From Octopus vulgaris (taxonomy: Eukaryota), in assembly GCA_951406725.2 (NCBI GenBank), contig OX597835.1, positions 39,556,001-39,620,000 of the forward strand: a stretch of 64,000 nt of DNA, given 5' to 3'. Positions 13,513 to 28,224 of this stretch are shown here, one piece after another. Position numbers and translations under genes: made by a program. Below the pieces are notes generated by a model. That model saw only the letters and a list, made by a program, of their open reading frames with translations. It was not told where the DNA came from and ran no database searches. How positions within the stretch are numbered: position 1 is the stretch's first letter; each line of letters starts with the position of its first letter.

Positions 13513-14441
13513 TATATAAATATATACGTGTGTGTGAATGTGTGTGTGTGTGTGCGTGTGTGTCTGTGTGTGTGTTTGCCAAATTGCATACACACACAAT
13601 TACGCAAAGACAAACGTACAGAAATAATAACGAGCTGCCTGAGTAAGCACATTGAAATATATATGTATATATCGCCAAACAAGCTGACATCTTTCTTTCA
13701 TAGAATATAATGACGCCATTTTGATATTACGTCGTTTTCCTGCTAAAGTGAAAGTGAAAGAATGTTACAGCAAAAACCGGGAGAAAAACGTGTTCCTATT
13801 GGTCTGTGTGTGTGTGTGTGTGTGTGTGAAACTATGTCTGCGTTCGAGCGTGTACATGTGCATGTATGTGCGTATGTATGTATGTATGTATGTATGTAGG
13901 TAGGTAGGTATGTATGTATGTATGTATGTGTGTGCGTAAAATGAGAACTAAGAGTTTTTAATGGCGTCTCTCTTCTCTTTCTCGGCGGAAAGTTGCTAAA
14001 ATCACTAAGCAGCAAATTTATTCGTTAATGTTTAATAACAAAAAAAAGCAACTTATAATTTTTTTTGTATCTATATTTTTTTTATTTGTGTTATTGCTAT
14101 TTTAATGGCTTTTCAATATATATTTGTTTATTATATACACTCCTAGTCCGTTTTTTTTTTGTAGTATTCCTATTACGTATGCGTGTATATGGGTGTACAT
14201 GGGTGTATATGAATGTGGGAAAGATGCTATTTGTTTGGTCGGCATGTATTTTGTTGGGGCATTTTTTTTGTTATGTTTGTTTTTAATTTTATTCTTACTT
14301 TCTTAATATTTTGTGTGTATTTCTATTTAGAGGCAAATAAAGAAATTATTACCATTATTGTTGCGATTACTATTATTATTGTCGTTATTATTATTACTAT
14401 TACAGTCATTATTATTATTATTATCATTATTATTATTATTA

Positions 14442-14490
<49 letters not shown>

Positions 14491-14515
14491 TATATATTAT
14501 CAGTATTAATAGTTA

Positions 14516-14580
<65 letters not shown>

Positions 14581-14693
14581 GTTATTGCCAATTCTGTGTA
14601 TTATTGTTGTTATAAATATTATTGTTCATATTGATGTCTCTATTCCAGTTGTTTTTCTCGTCGTTGTCATTATTATTATTATTGTTGTTGATA

Positions 14694-14724
<31 letters not shown>

Positions 14725-14820
14725 ATATTTGTATCAGCAAACGATTTCGCATTGTAATATGTTGCTGCAGTTGCGTTTGAACGTAATGTTGTTGTTACTC
14801 TTGTTATTGCTGTTGTTGTT

Positions 14821-14882
<62 letters not shown>

Positions 14883-15201
14883 CGTTGTTGTTGTATTTCA
14901 AAATAATATTTTTGGTTTCTTGCAGTTTCTGTTGTTTGTTATATTTTTTTCAGTTGTATTTTTTTGTTTTGTTTTGTTTCTTCCTTTTTGTTGTCATCGT
15001 CGCTTGTTTACAGTATATTTATACTGCACATGCGTACACATGCATACATATTAAAAAACAGTATCATTGACACATGCATGCGCGCGCTCAGTAACGTGCG
15101 CACCCGCATATATATTTACTTATGTATATATATATATAAGTATTAAATTGCAGAGATATGTTTGTATTATATATCCAAATATTTGTATGTATATATATAT
15201 A

Positions 15202-15266
<65 letters not shown>

Positions 15267-15891
15267 TGTGCATATTGATTATCGTCTGCAAAATGTGGAG
15301 CAGTCTATAGAGTCTTGCATATATGCAAATAGAAATGAATATATATACATCAACGAGGGTATATATGTATTTATGAAGTGACATGAAAATCATTCAACGA
15401 ATTAAAATCACATATATATTTATAAATATATGTAAAGTTGCATATATATATATGTGTGTGAATATATATATATATATATATATATAGTTATATATATATA
15501 GTTATATATAAATACATATACACAGATATATGTATAAATGCGTATTTCTAAATATATATATATATACATGTATGTATGTATGTATGTATGTATTTTGTAT
15601 ATGTATAGGGTTATGCATGCCTTCATGTATACAAATATATATATAAACATATGTTTAAATGCATATTTGTGTTTTGAAATATAAGCATAACTATATAACA
15701 ATAAATGCATTTTTAAGTAAGCAATTATATATACATCTGTACGTATTTATGAGTATCTATATGCGTAAGTGTGAAGATACACGCAGGTACAAGTGTGTGT
15801 ATGTGTGAGTGTGTGTACTTCAGCATTCGGGAATGTAAGCATCGATTTGCATAAAGCAAGATTACTTATATATACATATATATATTTATGC

Positions 15892-15986
<95 letters not shown>

Positions 15987-16292
15987 TATATATTCATATA
16001 TATATATTAATATATATATATATTTATATATATATATGTATATATATATGCATACATATATATACATATATACATATATACATATATATACATATGTATG
16101 TGTATATATATATATACATATATATATACATATATATACATATATATATATGTATATATATGTATATATGAATATGTATGTAAATATATATGTGTGTATG
16201 TATATATATACATGTGCGCGTGTGTGTGTGTTTGTGTATCTATATATTTGTATATTTATACATGCATACTCGCACATACACACACATGTATG

Positions 16293-16382
<90 letters not shown>

Positions 16383-16939
16383 GCATATATATATAGAGAG
16401 AGATACACGCTTGCGCACACACTCATACGTACACACGAAAATACAATTAAAGCGAAACAATTGTATGTCATTTTATTGGCGCAAAACCTGCCGCTGATGA
16501 TTATTATGATTACGACCATGGCGACCATGAATAACGATGAGGGCGATGACGATGATGATGATTATGAAGAGGACGGTGAAGGGGAAAGAAACCACGCACG
16601 AATGGTTCACTAACTCTTCTATATTTTTCTTGGGACTTTTGTGTTTGTAGTGACTTTTATTGTTGCCGTGTTAGTATTGGCGTTGATCGTGATGGGAGCG
16701 GGTATGGCAGGGGCAGCAGCAGCGCTGGCGCTGGCGTTGGCGTTGGTGGCGCTAGTAGTGATTGTTGCTTATTCAGATATACACGAAGACAATAGAGCAA
16801 TATGTGCATTAGCTGTTAAGCTAATAACAAGAGGGAGAGAAATACGGAGCAGTTGTGCATATTTGAATTCCTGAATGCATACATATGTCCATACATAGAT
16901 ACATAGATACATACATACATACATACATACATACACATG

Positions 16940-17031
<92 letters not shown>

Positions 17032-17105
17032 GATATGTATGTATCCATATTTAAATGTATATTATCATATATATATATGTATTTATGTATATATATATAT
17101 ATATG

Positions 17106-17203
<98 letters not shown>

Positions 17204-17241
17204 GATATGTATGTATGTATCTATATGTAATTGTATATCAT

Positions 17242-17296
<55 letters not shown>

Positions 17297-17496
17297 GGGA
17301 TGTGTGTGTGTGTTCTCTATGGTCGGTCTCATTGCTACGAAAAATATTTAATGCGTTTAGTATACAATTCCCAGGAAACAATGTAAAATCAATTAACACT
17401 TAAATATGTGTACATGTGTAAAGTATGTATACATACATATATATGTGTATATATATATACATATATATAATAGATATATATATGTATGTATATATA

Positions 17497-17560
<64 letters not shown>

Positions 17561-17582
<22 letters not shown>

Positions 17583-17949
17583 AACGGCAGTTTGTCTGTG
17601 TGTGTTTCTGTGTGTCTGTTTGCTTGTACCCTCACCCTGACTACGGCTTTCAACCGATTCTTATGAAACTTGACACACACATAGCCCAATGTCATAATTC
17701 AAAAATAACGCAGTGAAAATTTTGAAAAGTTCCCCCAGTTCTGAAAAAAATCGATAAATTCGACATGGGGTCGAGAATCAAAAACAAACCACAGACTGTC
17801 TAGGGGACGCAACTCCACCTTTTTAACTCTCAAAAAAAATTTACCATAACTTTTTTCACATTTTTTTGCTATATTTTGGCTATAACTCTCTAAAAATGCT
17901 TTATAGTTATTTCCCTTACAAACCCGAGCAACGCCGGGCGATACTGCTA

Positions 17950-17950
<1 letters not shown>
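17561..17950 (+). mobile_element. Non-autonomous Helitron
   Basis: 5' TC(TA)n-AAACGGCAGTTTGTCTGTGTG, internal motif AACCGATTCTTATGAAACTT, 3' hairpin CCCG-AGCAACGC-CGGG (17923-17938) and CTAG (17947-17950) followed by T. Confidence 0.8.
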
Positions 17951-18007
<57 letters not shown>

Positions 18008-18046
18008 GCATATATAATTGTATATATAAATATAAAGTTATATATA

Positions 18047-18218
18047 GTTAATCCAAACAAGAAAGCACAAAAAAACACAACAACGCGAGGACGTGGAACA
18101 AATATAGTATTATTGGACGCTCAGGAAGGAAGGAGGGTTTAACGTTTCGAGCGGAGCTCTTCGTCGGAAACATAGGAGAAGGAAAGATCCAGAGAAGGGA
18201 AGACAGAGGAAAGAAAAG
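18047..18218 (-). mobile_element. Short HHR-bearing non-coding element, family H1 (5'-truncated)
   Basis: Reverse-complement homologue of 27082-27280 with (TA)n on both sides. HHR at 18137-18171 has a U4C change (CCGACGA). Confidence 0.75.
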
Positions 18219-18558
18219 TTATATATACATATATACACTGATATTTATATATATGTGTATGTGTGTGTGTGTGTGTGTGTGTATACACACAAACATATAT
18301 ACACATTCATATACATGTATATAGTTAGTCACGTGGGAAAACAAGAAAAATCAGAGAGGTGGAAGAGAACTGCTACCCATTTCGCAAACAGGCACGGAAT
18401 GGTACGAACGCTGGTTCACACGCATAAAAGACCATGAAGCTATGAGTTTGTGCGTATGTGTATATGTATGTACTTGTGAGTGTGTGTGTGTGTGTGTGTG
18501 CGCGCACACACACGCTTCAGATCCTGACAGGTGAACCAAATCAGGCTTTATAAGTTTC

Positions 18559-18602
<44 letters not shown>

Positions 18603-18749
18603 TGTGCGTGCATATTTGTTTGCATGCGTGAGTGTGTATGGGTGTGCGCGGTATGTTTGTTTGTATGTGGCCATTCTCCTTACATTTGATGCGAGTGACT
18701 TGTTCTACATGCCATATATATACTAAGTCATATATATTATATATATATA

Positions 18750-18827
<78 letters not shown>

Positions 18828-19149
18828 TATACACACACACACACACACATATATATATACATATATATATACATGTGCATACATACATATATATAAATTC
18901 AATATCGTAAATAAATTAGTATGTACGCCTACTAAAAATACACGCTTTATACACCAAGTGTATACTAAATCATGCGAGTGCTTAACGACAAACGAACGCA
19001 CAATCAAACGTTTCATGAAACGGAAAACATAATGTATTACACCAAACTGTAAAATGATACTAATGTATTACATTACTAAGGTAATACTAATACTAATGTA
19101 ATAATGTATTACATCTAATATATAAAATCGTTGTGTCAAAAGCACACCA

Positions 19150-19600
19150 GAAGGATGTAATACTCAATAACAAGCTTCAAATGACTTATGTGACATACAC
19201 ATTTTAATGTAATAGTGAAAGTTGCAAACTTCACGACTTTAACTGTTACATTGATGCGAATGTAGGACACCTTCGCGTAAGCTTACCATACATATGCAAA
19301 TTGGAAGAAAAAAACTACGTCACATTCTATAAAGCAAAGCCAGACAGAAATATCATAGCAGATAATACAGCCATACTTTAATGAAGTAATCAGAAAATGA
19401 GACGATTGATAGTGGAAACAAGTCTTAATGTACGAATTTTAGCAATACACACTGCTGAAATTTACTCACGAACGACATGTATACGTCATCGATAAAGTTT
19501 AAATTAACACACAAATACGCAGACACATGCAATATAACGAAAACAGGACACGTTACCGATGACGTGTTACTGTAATATCCAAAACCGATCTCCATGACTA
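19150..19600 (+). pseudogene. Possible highly decayed PLE GIY-YIG end with degenerate HHR
   Basis: Fragments NCYI and LR(R)KLTIHMQI (across a frameshift). At 19556-19590 CCGATGA-stem-AAAACCGATC resembles CTGATGA...GAAACCGGTC. Confidence 0.3.
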
Positions 19601-19714
19601 AACACACTGACGATCAAATTCTGACTGTAAAATTTACATAAATAAAATTCTGGCTGCAAATGGCGGCACAAACGAAAATCGCCCACCATAATGTTAAAAG
19701 ATACAGTACATATA

Positions 19715-20028
19715 GGCGCAGGAGTGACTGTGTGGTAAGTAGCTCGTTTACCAACCTCATGGTCCCGGGTTCAGTCCCACTGCGTGGCACCTTGGGCAAG
19801 TGTCTTCTACTATAGCCTCGGGCCGACCAAAGCCTTGTGAGTGGATTTGGTAGATGGAAACTGAAAGAAGCCCGTCGTATATATATGTATGTGCGTGTAT
19901 GTTTGTGTGTCTGTGTTTGTCCCCCTAGTATTGCTTGACAACCGATGCTGGTGTGTTTATGTCCCCGTTACTTAGCGGTTCGGCAAAAGAGACCGATAGA
20001 ATAAGTACTGGGCTTACAAAGAATAAGT
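19715..20028 (+). mobile_element. SINE family A, 3'-truncated
   Basis: Head, body, internal microsatellite and part of the 3' half. Confidence 0.88.
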
Positions 20029-20184
20029 TTAAACTTTAAGAAAATTCTCTGAGTTCAAGTTCCGCCGAGGTTACTTTGCTTTCCTTCATTTCGAGGTGGA
20101 TAAAATAAGTACAAATTGATTACTGGTTCGATGTAAACGAGCTTACTGGTCCTGTGACAAAAGTTTAAAGTCAATATATATATA

Positions 20185-20369
20185 CTGTTTACTGTTTTAC
20201 TGTTTTACTTGTTTCATTCATTTGATTGCGGCCATGCTGGAGCACCGCCTTTAGTCGAGCCCAGTACTTATTCTATGGGTTTCTTTTGCCGAACCGCTAA
20301 GTGACGGGGACATAAACACACCAGCATCGGTTGTCAAGCAATGCTAGGGGGACAAACACAGACACACAA

Positions 20370-20444
<75 letters not shown>

Positions 20445-20595
20445 TACGACAGGCTTCTTTCAGTTTCCGTCTACCAAATCCACTCACAAGGCATTGGTCG
20501 GCCCGGGGCTATAGCAGAAGACACTTGCCCAAGATGCCACGCAGTGGGACTGAACCCGGAACCATGTGGTTGGTTAGCAAGCTACTTACCACACA

Positions 20596-20597
<2 letters not shown>
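20185..20597 (-). mobile_element. SINE family A, near full length
   Basis: Reverse complement of family A with a (CTGTTTTA)n tail. Confidence 0.88.
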
Positions 20598-20639
<42 letters not shown>

Positions 20640-20640
<1 letters not shown>

Positions 20641-20833
20641 TGCCATGATAGATCGCTAGCCACTACACAATCTTTATTTTCTCTCCTTGTTTCTTTCTGT
20701 GTTCCTTTCTGTAGAAAAGCGTAAGCTCGAATCGTTAAAGACTTTTTCACTTCCCGAGCGTTATACTAATACATTTATTTGTTGTCTACACCACCTGTCT
20801 TCGTCTTTTGGGATTTTTCTGTGAATTTTCCCT
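20640..20833 (+). mobile_element. Short HHR-like non-coding element, family H2
   Basis: Homologous end to end with 26267-26468 (minus) and flanked by microsatellites. Motif cttt-CTGTAGA-a-aagc-gtaa-gctc-GAAT-CG-TT-aaag at 20705-20740. Confidence 0.7.
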
Positions 20834-20858
20834 ACACACACACGCACACACATACATG

Positions 20859-20921
<63 letters not shown>

Positions 20922-21029
20922 TAGAGATAAAACCACTATTATGCAACTCAAACAGTGATAGATATAAACCAAAACATAAATAACAAATATAATTTAATTC
21001 TAAAAAAACACATAACTAGATTTCAAAAA

Positions 21030-22201
21030 GTATAAAAATGTCTGTGAGTGTGTTTGTGGAGTTGTTAGCGAACCCTTCCTACATCGTTTCATCGATTTTG
21101 ATGAAATTTGACACGTGAGTACAACAAATGTCTGGAAACTTCATGGCATGTTGAAAAAAAATCGATAATAGCGCCCCTGGAAGGGATCCTTATATATCTA
21201 ATATATTTTATTTTAAAAACCAAGGGAAATAGCTCATTTATTTTCCTAAATTATTTGGTAAAAATGAAATTGAGTATGCTTATTTCTTTGTATTTGAACT
21301 GTTAGAGTTATTTTCGCAATTTATCCAGTACAACCCTTAAACAAGTAAATAGCATTTTCCTAAACAATAGATCCACTTATTTCAATTAGTGACTTATTCA
21401 CGAATATACCTACACTAGCGCCCCTGAGGGTAGTATTCTATGGGAATGCACAGAAGCCCTTTCCAGAGTTATTTACTTTGAATTGTTATTATCTCATATC
21501 TGATTAGACGGTTATTACATAACATCCTTCACGATTTTAGTATACATACCTTATTAGTATTTCCTCTATGTTCTATATATTCTGGGACGCATTAAAGCCC
21601 TTTTGGGGGCTACTTTATTTGAATTCTTACTATCGGGTAACTAATTTCATGTTATATAACTGACTTCACAATTTGGGTATTCATAACTCACAGAGAATTC
21701 CTAAAAGCAAGATCTTGTGTATAATAGTTCGTTATTCTCTGTAAAGATACAAAAACTGTTTTAAGTGCTACATATTTTCTTTAGTTGTAGAGGCGCAATG
21801 GCCCGGTGGTTAGGACAGCGGACTCGTGGTCGGAGGATCGCGGTTTCGATTCCCAGACCGGGCGTTGTGTGTGTTTATTGAGCGAAAACACCTACAGCTC
21901 CACGAATCTTCGGCAGCGGGTGGTGGCGACCCCTGTTGTACTCTTTTGCCCCAACTTTCTCTCAATCTCTCTTCCTGTTTCTTGAGTAACGCTGCGATGG
22001 ACTGGCGTCCCGTCCAATTGGGGGAAACACATACGCCACAGAAACCGGGAAACCGGGCCCATGAGCCTGGCTAGGCTTGAAAAGGGCGCTTAAAAAAAAA
22101 CTTTGTATTGTTGTTACTGGATTAGCGAAACAATAATGAGAACGGGAGAACGGAGCCAAAGCAGTCCCGCTTTCCCGGAAATTACCGGGTACGTCAGCTA
22201 G
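21030..22201 (+). mobile_element. Non-autonomous Helitron interrupted by a SINE
   Basis: 5' motif ATCGATTTTGATGAAATTTGACAC is shared with the 17561 element. 3' hairpin CCCGG-AAATTA-CCGGG (22174-22189) then CTAG (22198-22201) followed by T. The 5' end is approximate. Confidence 0.7.
21790..22100 (+). mobile_element. SINE family C with V-domain-like tail, nested in the Helitron
   Basis: GAGGCGCAATGGCCCGGTGGTTAGG...GGTTTCGATTCCC, then CTGCGATGGACTGGCGTCCCGTCCA and an A-tail. Confidence 0.85.
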
Positions 22202-22556
22202 TATATATATATATGAGACCAATAGAATAAGTACTAGGCTTACATAGAATAAGACCTGGCTGGAGTCGATGTCTTCAACTTAAAAAGAAAACCTTCAAGG
22301 CGGTGCTCCAGCCCGGCCGAAGTCAAATGAGTGAAACTAGTAGCAGAATAAAAGAATAGACTGTTCAATAACTCTCCAGTTACTGAAGCGAAAGTGTCTA
22401 GACAAATAGTGACAACGAAGTAGAGATTATTGAAACTACAATTGGTGACGGTGGTGGTGGCGATGGAGGTACCGCTGCGGTTGGCTTTGGGTACGCAGTC
22501 ATTTTCACCGGTGACATGGTTATGTGTGTGTAGATGTATATATGTGTGTAGATGTA

Positions 22557-22643
<87 letters not shown>

Positions 22644-22689
22644 GCGCAGTCATTTTCACCGGTGACATGGATATGTGTGTGTAGATGTA

Positions 22690-22803
<114 letters not shown>

Positions 22804-23186
22804 CATACATATATATATATATATATATGTATATGTATATGCGTCTGTGTGTATGTGAGTGTGGGTGCGTGTACATGTTTAAGAGAGAGAGAGGGAGACA
22901 TTGGGTGATGGAGAGCAATATAAAGGCATAATGGGCAACGAGCCGTCAAGTGTCTCGCCAATGAGGGCCGCTTAGTGCAGTGAAAACAACACCTTTAGTT
23001 TTGTCTCTTACCTCAGTCGGTGCTCTCGTCAAGTCATGCTTGCTAATACGACATCAAAAGAGTTGGTATGTATAATAATATCATTATATGATATTGTTAT
23101 TAAACATACCAACACTCGTACGCACATATTTACACTTATAAATTATATATATATTATGTATGTATGAATGTATGTATGTGTGTATG

Positions 23187-23220
<34 letters not shown>

Positions 23221-23294
23221 TGTATGTATGTATGTATATGTCTATTTGAGTATTTCTTTGTGATTCTCTATGGTATATATATATATGTATATGA

Positions 23295-23326
<32 letters not shown>

Positions 23327-23367
23327 ATATGTATGTATGTATGTATGTATATATGTATCTATGTATG

Positions 23368-23401
<34 letters not shown>

Positions 23402-23541
23402 TGTATGCATGTATGTCTGTATGTATGCATGTATGTATGTATGTATTTATGCATGTATGTATGCATGTATGTCTGTATGTATGCATGTATGTATGTATGT
23501 ATTTATGCATGTATGTATGTATGCATGTATGTATGTATGTA

Positions 23542-23589
<48 letters not shown>

Positions 23590-24011
23590 GATATATACAT
23601 ACATACATACATCCTTCCATATACTCTTTCCGTTTCCGCTATTAACAGGGTCTATATTCCCACAGACACACACGCCTACACACACACACACACACACACA
23701 TGCACACACGTATTTATATGTGTGTGTATGTATGTGTATGTATGTATTTACGTATGTAAGATAACATATATTTAAAATCATATACAGAGACACAATCTCT
23801 CCCTTTCCTTTTCTCTCTCTCTCCCTCTTTTTTCTCTCCTTTCTCTCTCGTCCTCTCTCTCTTCACCTCCCTCTCCCCTTTTCTCTCTCTGCCTCTCACT
23901 CTCTCTTTCTCACTGTCTACGTGAGTGAGGACTTATGGATGCGGCTGTGTATGTATATGTCTATTTGAGAATTTCTTTGTGATTCTCTATGGTATATATA
24001 TATGTATATGA

Positions 24012-24046
<35 letters not shown>

Positions 24047-24525
24047 TGTATGTATGTATGTATGTATGTATGTATGTATGTATGTATGTATGTATGTATG
24101 TATGTATGTATGTATGTATGTATGCATGTATGTATGCGTGTTTGTGTGTGTTTATGTATGGAGGACAGCTCTTCGACACGAAACTGTTGCGCAATAACCA
24201 CAACGTAACAAAGGGTTTCTTTTTCTTAAATTAAATAAATACACAAGCTGAATACAGTACAATATACAATAAAACTGTACAATAGAGGATATTGAGTACT
24301 GTTTACTTTGTACCTGACGCAAAGAAATACCTAGACGATGTGTGTGTGTGTGTGCATATACACACCTACTCACAGTGAATGGTAGAAACATATAGACGCA
24401 CGCAGACATACGAATACATATACATGCCTCCATACATACACAGATTGCAAACGTATTCACTATATAGATACATTTATGTGTGCGCGTGTGTGTATGTGCC
24501 TACGCTTACAAATATATATATATAT

Positions 24526-24847
24526 ATCACCGTGATCACTGTGATCACCGTGACCGACCAGGCTATCAGAAGTTGCTACACATCGCTGGTTACAATGCGC
24601 TTCGCATTGTTTTAGCCTTCAAACGACGCCACCCCGCTGGCTAAGTGAGCAGACCAACAGAAGAATGAGTGAGAGAAAGTTGTGGCGAAAGAGTACAGCA
24701 GGGCTCGCCACCAGCCCCTGCCGGAGCCCCGTGGAGCTTTTTAGGTGTTTTCGCTCAATAAACACTCACAACGTCCGGTCTGGGAATCGAAACCGCGGTC
24801 CTACGACCGCGAGTCTGCTGCCTTAACCACTGGGCCATTGCTCCTCC
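24526..24847 (-). mobile_element. SINE family C with RTE-like tail
   Basis: Highly similar to 8594-8901. Ends in (CACGGTGAT)n. Confidence 0.85.
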
Positions 24848-25058
24848 ATGTATATACGTTTGTGTGCGCGCGTATGTATACATGTTTGTATGTATGTATG
24901 TATGATGTCCAACCATATAGTGATATTTTGAAATCACGTAATACGTGTGTTTCAAATTTGTGTAGGAAATGCATCCGTTACATAAACCTTCCTCAGAACT
25001 TTTCAAAATACGTAGAATTCATGGAAAACGTCTTAACGTAGAACGATATATATATATA

Positions 25059-25202
25059 GGCGCAAGAGTGGCTGTGTGGTAAGTAGCTTGCTTACCAATC
25101 ACATGGTTCCGGGGAAGTGTCTTCTACTATAACCTCGGGCCGACCAAAGCCTTGTGAGTGGATTTGGTCGACGGAAACTGAAAGAAGCCCGTTGTATATA
25201 TG

Positions 25203-25276
<74 letters not shown>

Positions 25277-25313
25277 TGTGTGTGCCTGTGTGTGTGTCTG
25301 TGTGTGTCTGTGT

Positions 25314-25381
<68 letters not shown>

Positions 25382-25442
25382 ATGTCTGTGTTTGTCCCCC
25401 CAACACAGTCAAATGACTGAAACAAGTAAAAGAGTAAAAGAG
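25059..25442 (+). mobile_element. SINE family A with internal deletions
   Basis: Family A head, expanded (TG)n and terminal CAGTCAAATGACTGAAACAAGTAAAAGAG. Confidence 0.8.
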
Positions 25443-25920
25443 TTCAAACTACACAAGTTAATGTATGAGAAACAAAATAAGAATGTTGAATGTAGTTTCT
25501 ATAAAACTAATTTTTCACCATCGAATAGCTGTTGGGTTCCACTTAGAATAAAACAGCAACCAAAGCGGTCCATAAAGTCTAGAAGTATGTATTGACATGT
25601 ATCGGCAGAAACAGCTAGACTTCTTTGTCTAACATTTTACACAGTTCAACCTACACAAGTTAATCTATGAAAAAAACACAATATGAATTTTGAAAGAAGT
25701 TTCTAAGAAACTAGTTTATAAACCTCGAATAGCTACGGGAGGGTCCATCAGAATGCGGTAGAAATCAAAGTTTCCCATGCATAGAAAATGGTTAGAACCC
25801 CTGCTTTGGATATATGTCTGTATTGGTTTGTAAACTTCGAATGGCTGTGGGGACCCATCGGAATAAAGTTGAAATCAAAGGGCTCAATGCATTACAAATG
25901 GCTGAGATCCTTGGTCTACA
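25443..25920. mobile_element. Decayed tandem remnants of hAT-like MITE ends
   Basis: Diverged repeat at 25441/25643 (period about 202). Ends AAATGGTTAGAACCCCTG and AAATGGCTGAGATCCTTGGTCTA resemble the hAT terminus GGTTGAGAACCCCTG. Confidence 0.45.
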
Positions 25921-26002
25921 CGATTTCACGATTGACTGGAAACATAATTACAAGACAATATGTCCGTACTGTGAAACGAACCCGGGACCACATGATCATG
26001 CC

Positions 26003-26466
26003 TTTCATCTCTTGTTTGTTTCAGTCATTAGATTGTGGCTACGCTGGCTTCACCATCTTGCAGAATTTTCATCGAAAGAATCGACCCTAGGTTTTTTCTT
26101 TTTTTTTTTTTTTAGTCAGGTACTTATTCTATCAGTCTCTTTCGCTGAACCGCTAAGTAACGGGTGTGTAAACACGCCAACACCAATTGTCAAGCGGTTG
26201 TAGAGGACAAACACAAATGCAAAGACACACACACACATACACATAAATGTGTGTATATATATATATAGGGAGAGTTTACGAAAAATACAAAAGACGAAGA
26301 CAGGTGGTGTACAAAACAAGCAGATGTATTAGTATAACGCTCAAGATTAGAAAAAGTCTTTTGTTTGGAGCCTACGCTCTTCTACAGAAAGGGACACAGC
26401 AAAAAAACAAGGAGAGAAACAAGGAGAGAAAAAATGTGTGTAGTGGCTAACGATGTATCATGGCGA

Positions 26467-26519
<53 letters not shown>

Positions 26520-26701
26520 TATATGTATGTATATACATACAACGGGCTTCTTTCAGTTTCCGTCTACCAAATCCACTCAGTGCTTTGGTTGGTCCGAGGT
26601 AATAGTAGAAGACACTTACCCAAGGTGTCACACAGTGGGACTGAACCCGGAATCATGTGGTTGGGAAGCAAACTTCTTACCACTCAGCCACGCCTGCACC
26701 T
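26003..26701 (-). mobile_element. SINE family A split by an H2 insertion in its internal microsatellite
   Basis: The 3' half (26003-26240) and 5' half (26530-26701) are collinear, with the H2 element between them. Confidence 0.8.
26267..26468 (-). mobile_element. Short HHR-like non-coding element, family H2
   Basis: Minus-strand cttt-CTGTAGA-a-GAGC-gtag-GCTC-cAAA at 26358-26391. Same ends as 20640-20833, with (TA)n on both sides. Confidence 0.7.
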
Positions 26702-27031
26702 GAATGGGAATCTGACTAGGGATTCTTTTTACTCTATGACAATCCTTGCTTACAATGGACAGTGAGTTACTTAATAGAAATTAAGCCATAAATAATTCCC
26801 GCCAGATGCTTAATCTACTTAACATAATAAAATCATTTGATTATATAATTATAATAATTAACCTGCCAGGTAGCGGTTCCATGGGTCGAAGCTATGTTTT
26901 CTATGTTCCCTCAATATTTGTTTTATATTTCCCAGGTACCACTGAATGTCGAAGTAATTTGATATCCAGCCAAATAGTTCCGCGTTCGATTCTACTCTAA
27001 GGAACATACACTTATAAAAATATGTGTGTGA

Positions 27032-27076
<45 letters not shown>

Positions 27077-27081
27077 TGTGT

Positions 27082-27280
27082 GTGACCGCGTGTGTACCGT
27101 TGGCGATTTTTTTTCTCCGTCTTCCCTTCTCTGGATCTTTCCTTTTCCTGTTTCTGACGAAGAGCTCCGCTCGAAACGTTAAACCCTCCTTCTTTCCTGA
27201 GCGTCCAATAATACTATACTTGTTACACGTCCTCGCGTTGTTGTGTTTTCTCTTTGGCGTTTTCATGTTTGGATTAACTT
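27082..27280 (+). mobile_element. Short HHR-bearing non-coding element, family H1
   Basis: About 200 bp between (TG)n and (TA)/(CATA)n, containing an intact minimal HHR. Second copy at 18047. Confidence 0.78.
27150..27184 (+). ncRNA. Minimal type-I hammerhead ribozyme
   Basis: GTTT-CTGACGA-a-GAGC-tcc-GCTC-GAAA-CG-TT-AAAC: stem I GTTT/AAAC, stem II GAGC/GCTC, palindromic stem III ACGT. Confidence 0.75.
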
Positions 27281-27499
27281 TATATACATACATACATACA
27301 TACATACATACATACATACATACATACATACATACATACATACATACAATCCACCACCATTGAAATTCACATCATTGCATCACAAACACATACCCACATA
27401 CCAATCGAAACCCTTTCAAGTCCAAGATAGTCCCTTGTCACCACAACATACAACAATTAGATAGGTGTATATATATATATGTGTGTGTGTATGTGTGTG

Positions 27500-27549
<50 letters not shown>

Positions 27550-28224
27550 TAAGTATCTAAGTGTTCCCCTATAACTGCAACAAAAATATATAAACAATTA
27601 CATTTTCAATACAACAACCCTTCTATTTATTGAAATTAATTGATATAAAAAACAGAGTCAAGACAACTGAAAAAGTTGCAAGACGCAACGAAAATTTTAG
27701 GCGAATAAAAATAAGAAATAAGTGGAAATTTTTACCGGTGTGTGTGTTTATTATAAGGCACAAAAAGAAAATGACTCTCCCCAGACACAACGGAATATAA
27801 AAAAGATTATTGTTTAAACTAACTAATAATAAACTTCTATATCTATTGTTTACTCGGAGGGATAATTCCGTAGTAGACATGAATAGAAACCTAATAAAAA
27901 TTTTCCATGTTTACCTAATTTATCGTAGGGAGAATTGCGTAATAAACCTTAATGTAGACTTAAGGCTATAAATACGATAACCAAACTAACCCATAGATGT
28001 ATATTTAGGCTATAGTAATGGAAACCAAATTTACTAATTTTTTAGGGATAACTAGATTTGAAGTTACTTAAATAATGATTGTTATTCGTATATTATGGAA
28101 GGGAGAATTTATTGAATCGATAGAAATCATTAATGTAAACTAAACAAGAAATAAGGACCGTTCTCTATGAACTAATCAATACTATTATTTACAAAATGAG
28201 GTACCATACATAGTGCATATCCAA

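Noticed and set aside
25788-26203. ORFs of 100-129 aa with a CPYC motif
   Set aside because: They overlap decayed MITE ends and a SINE, with no recognisable domain.
27667-27700. CTGAAAAA-GTTGC/GCAAC-GAAAATTTTA as a functional hammerhead
   Set aside because: Stem II is good, but G8 is lost and there is no stem I. Counted only as a decayed candidate.
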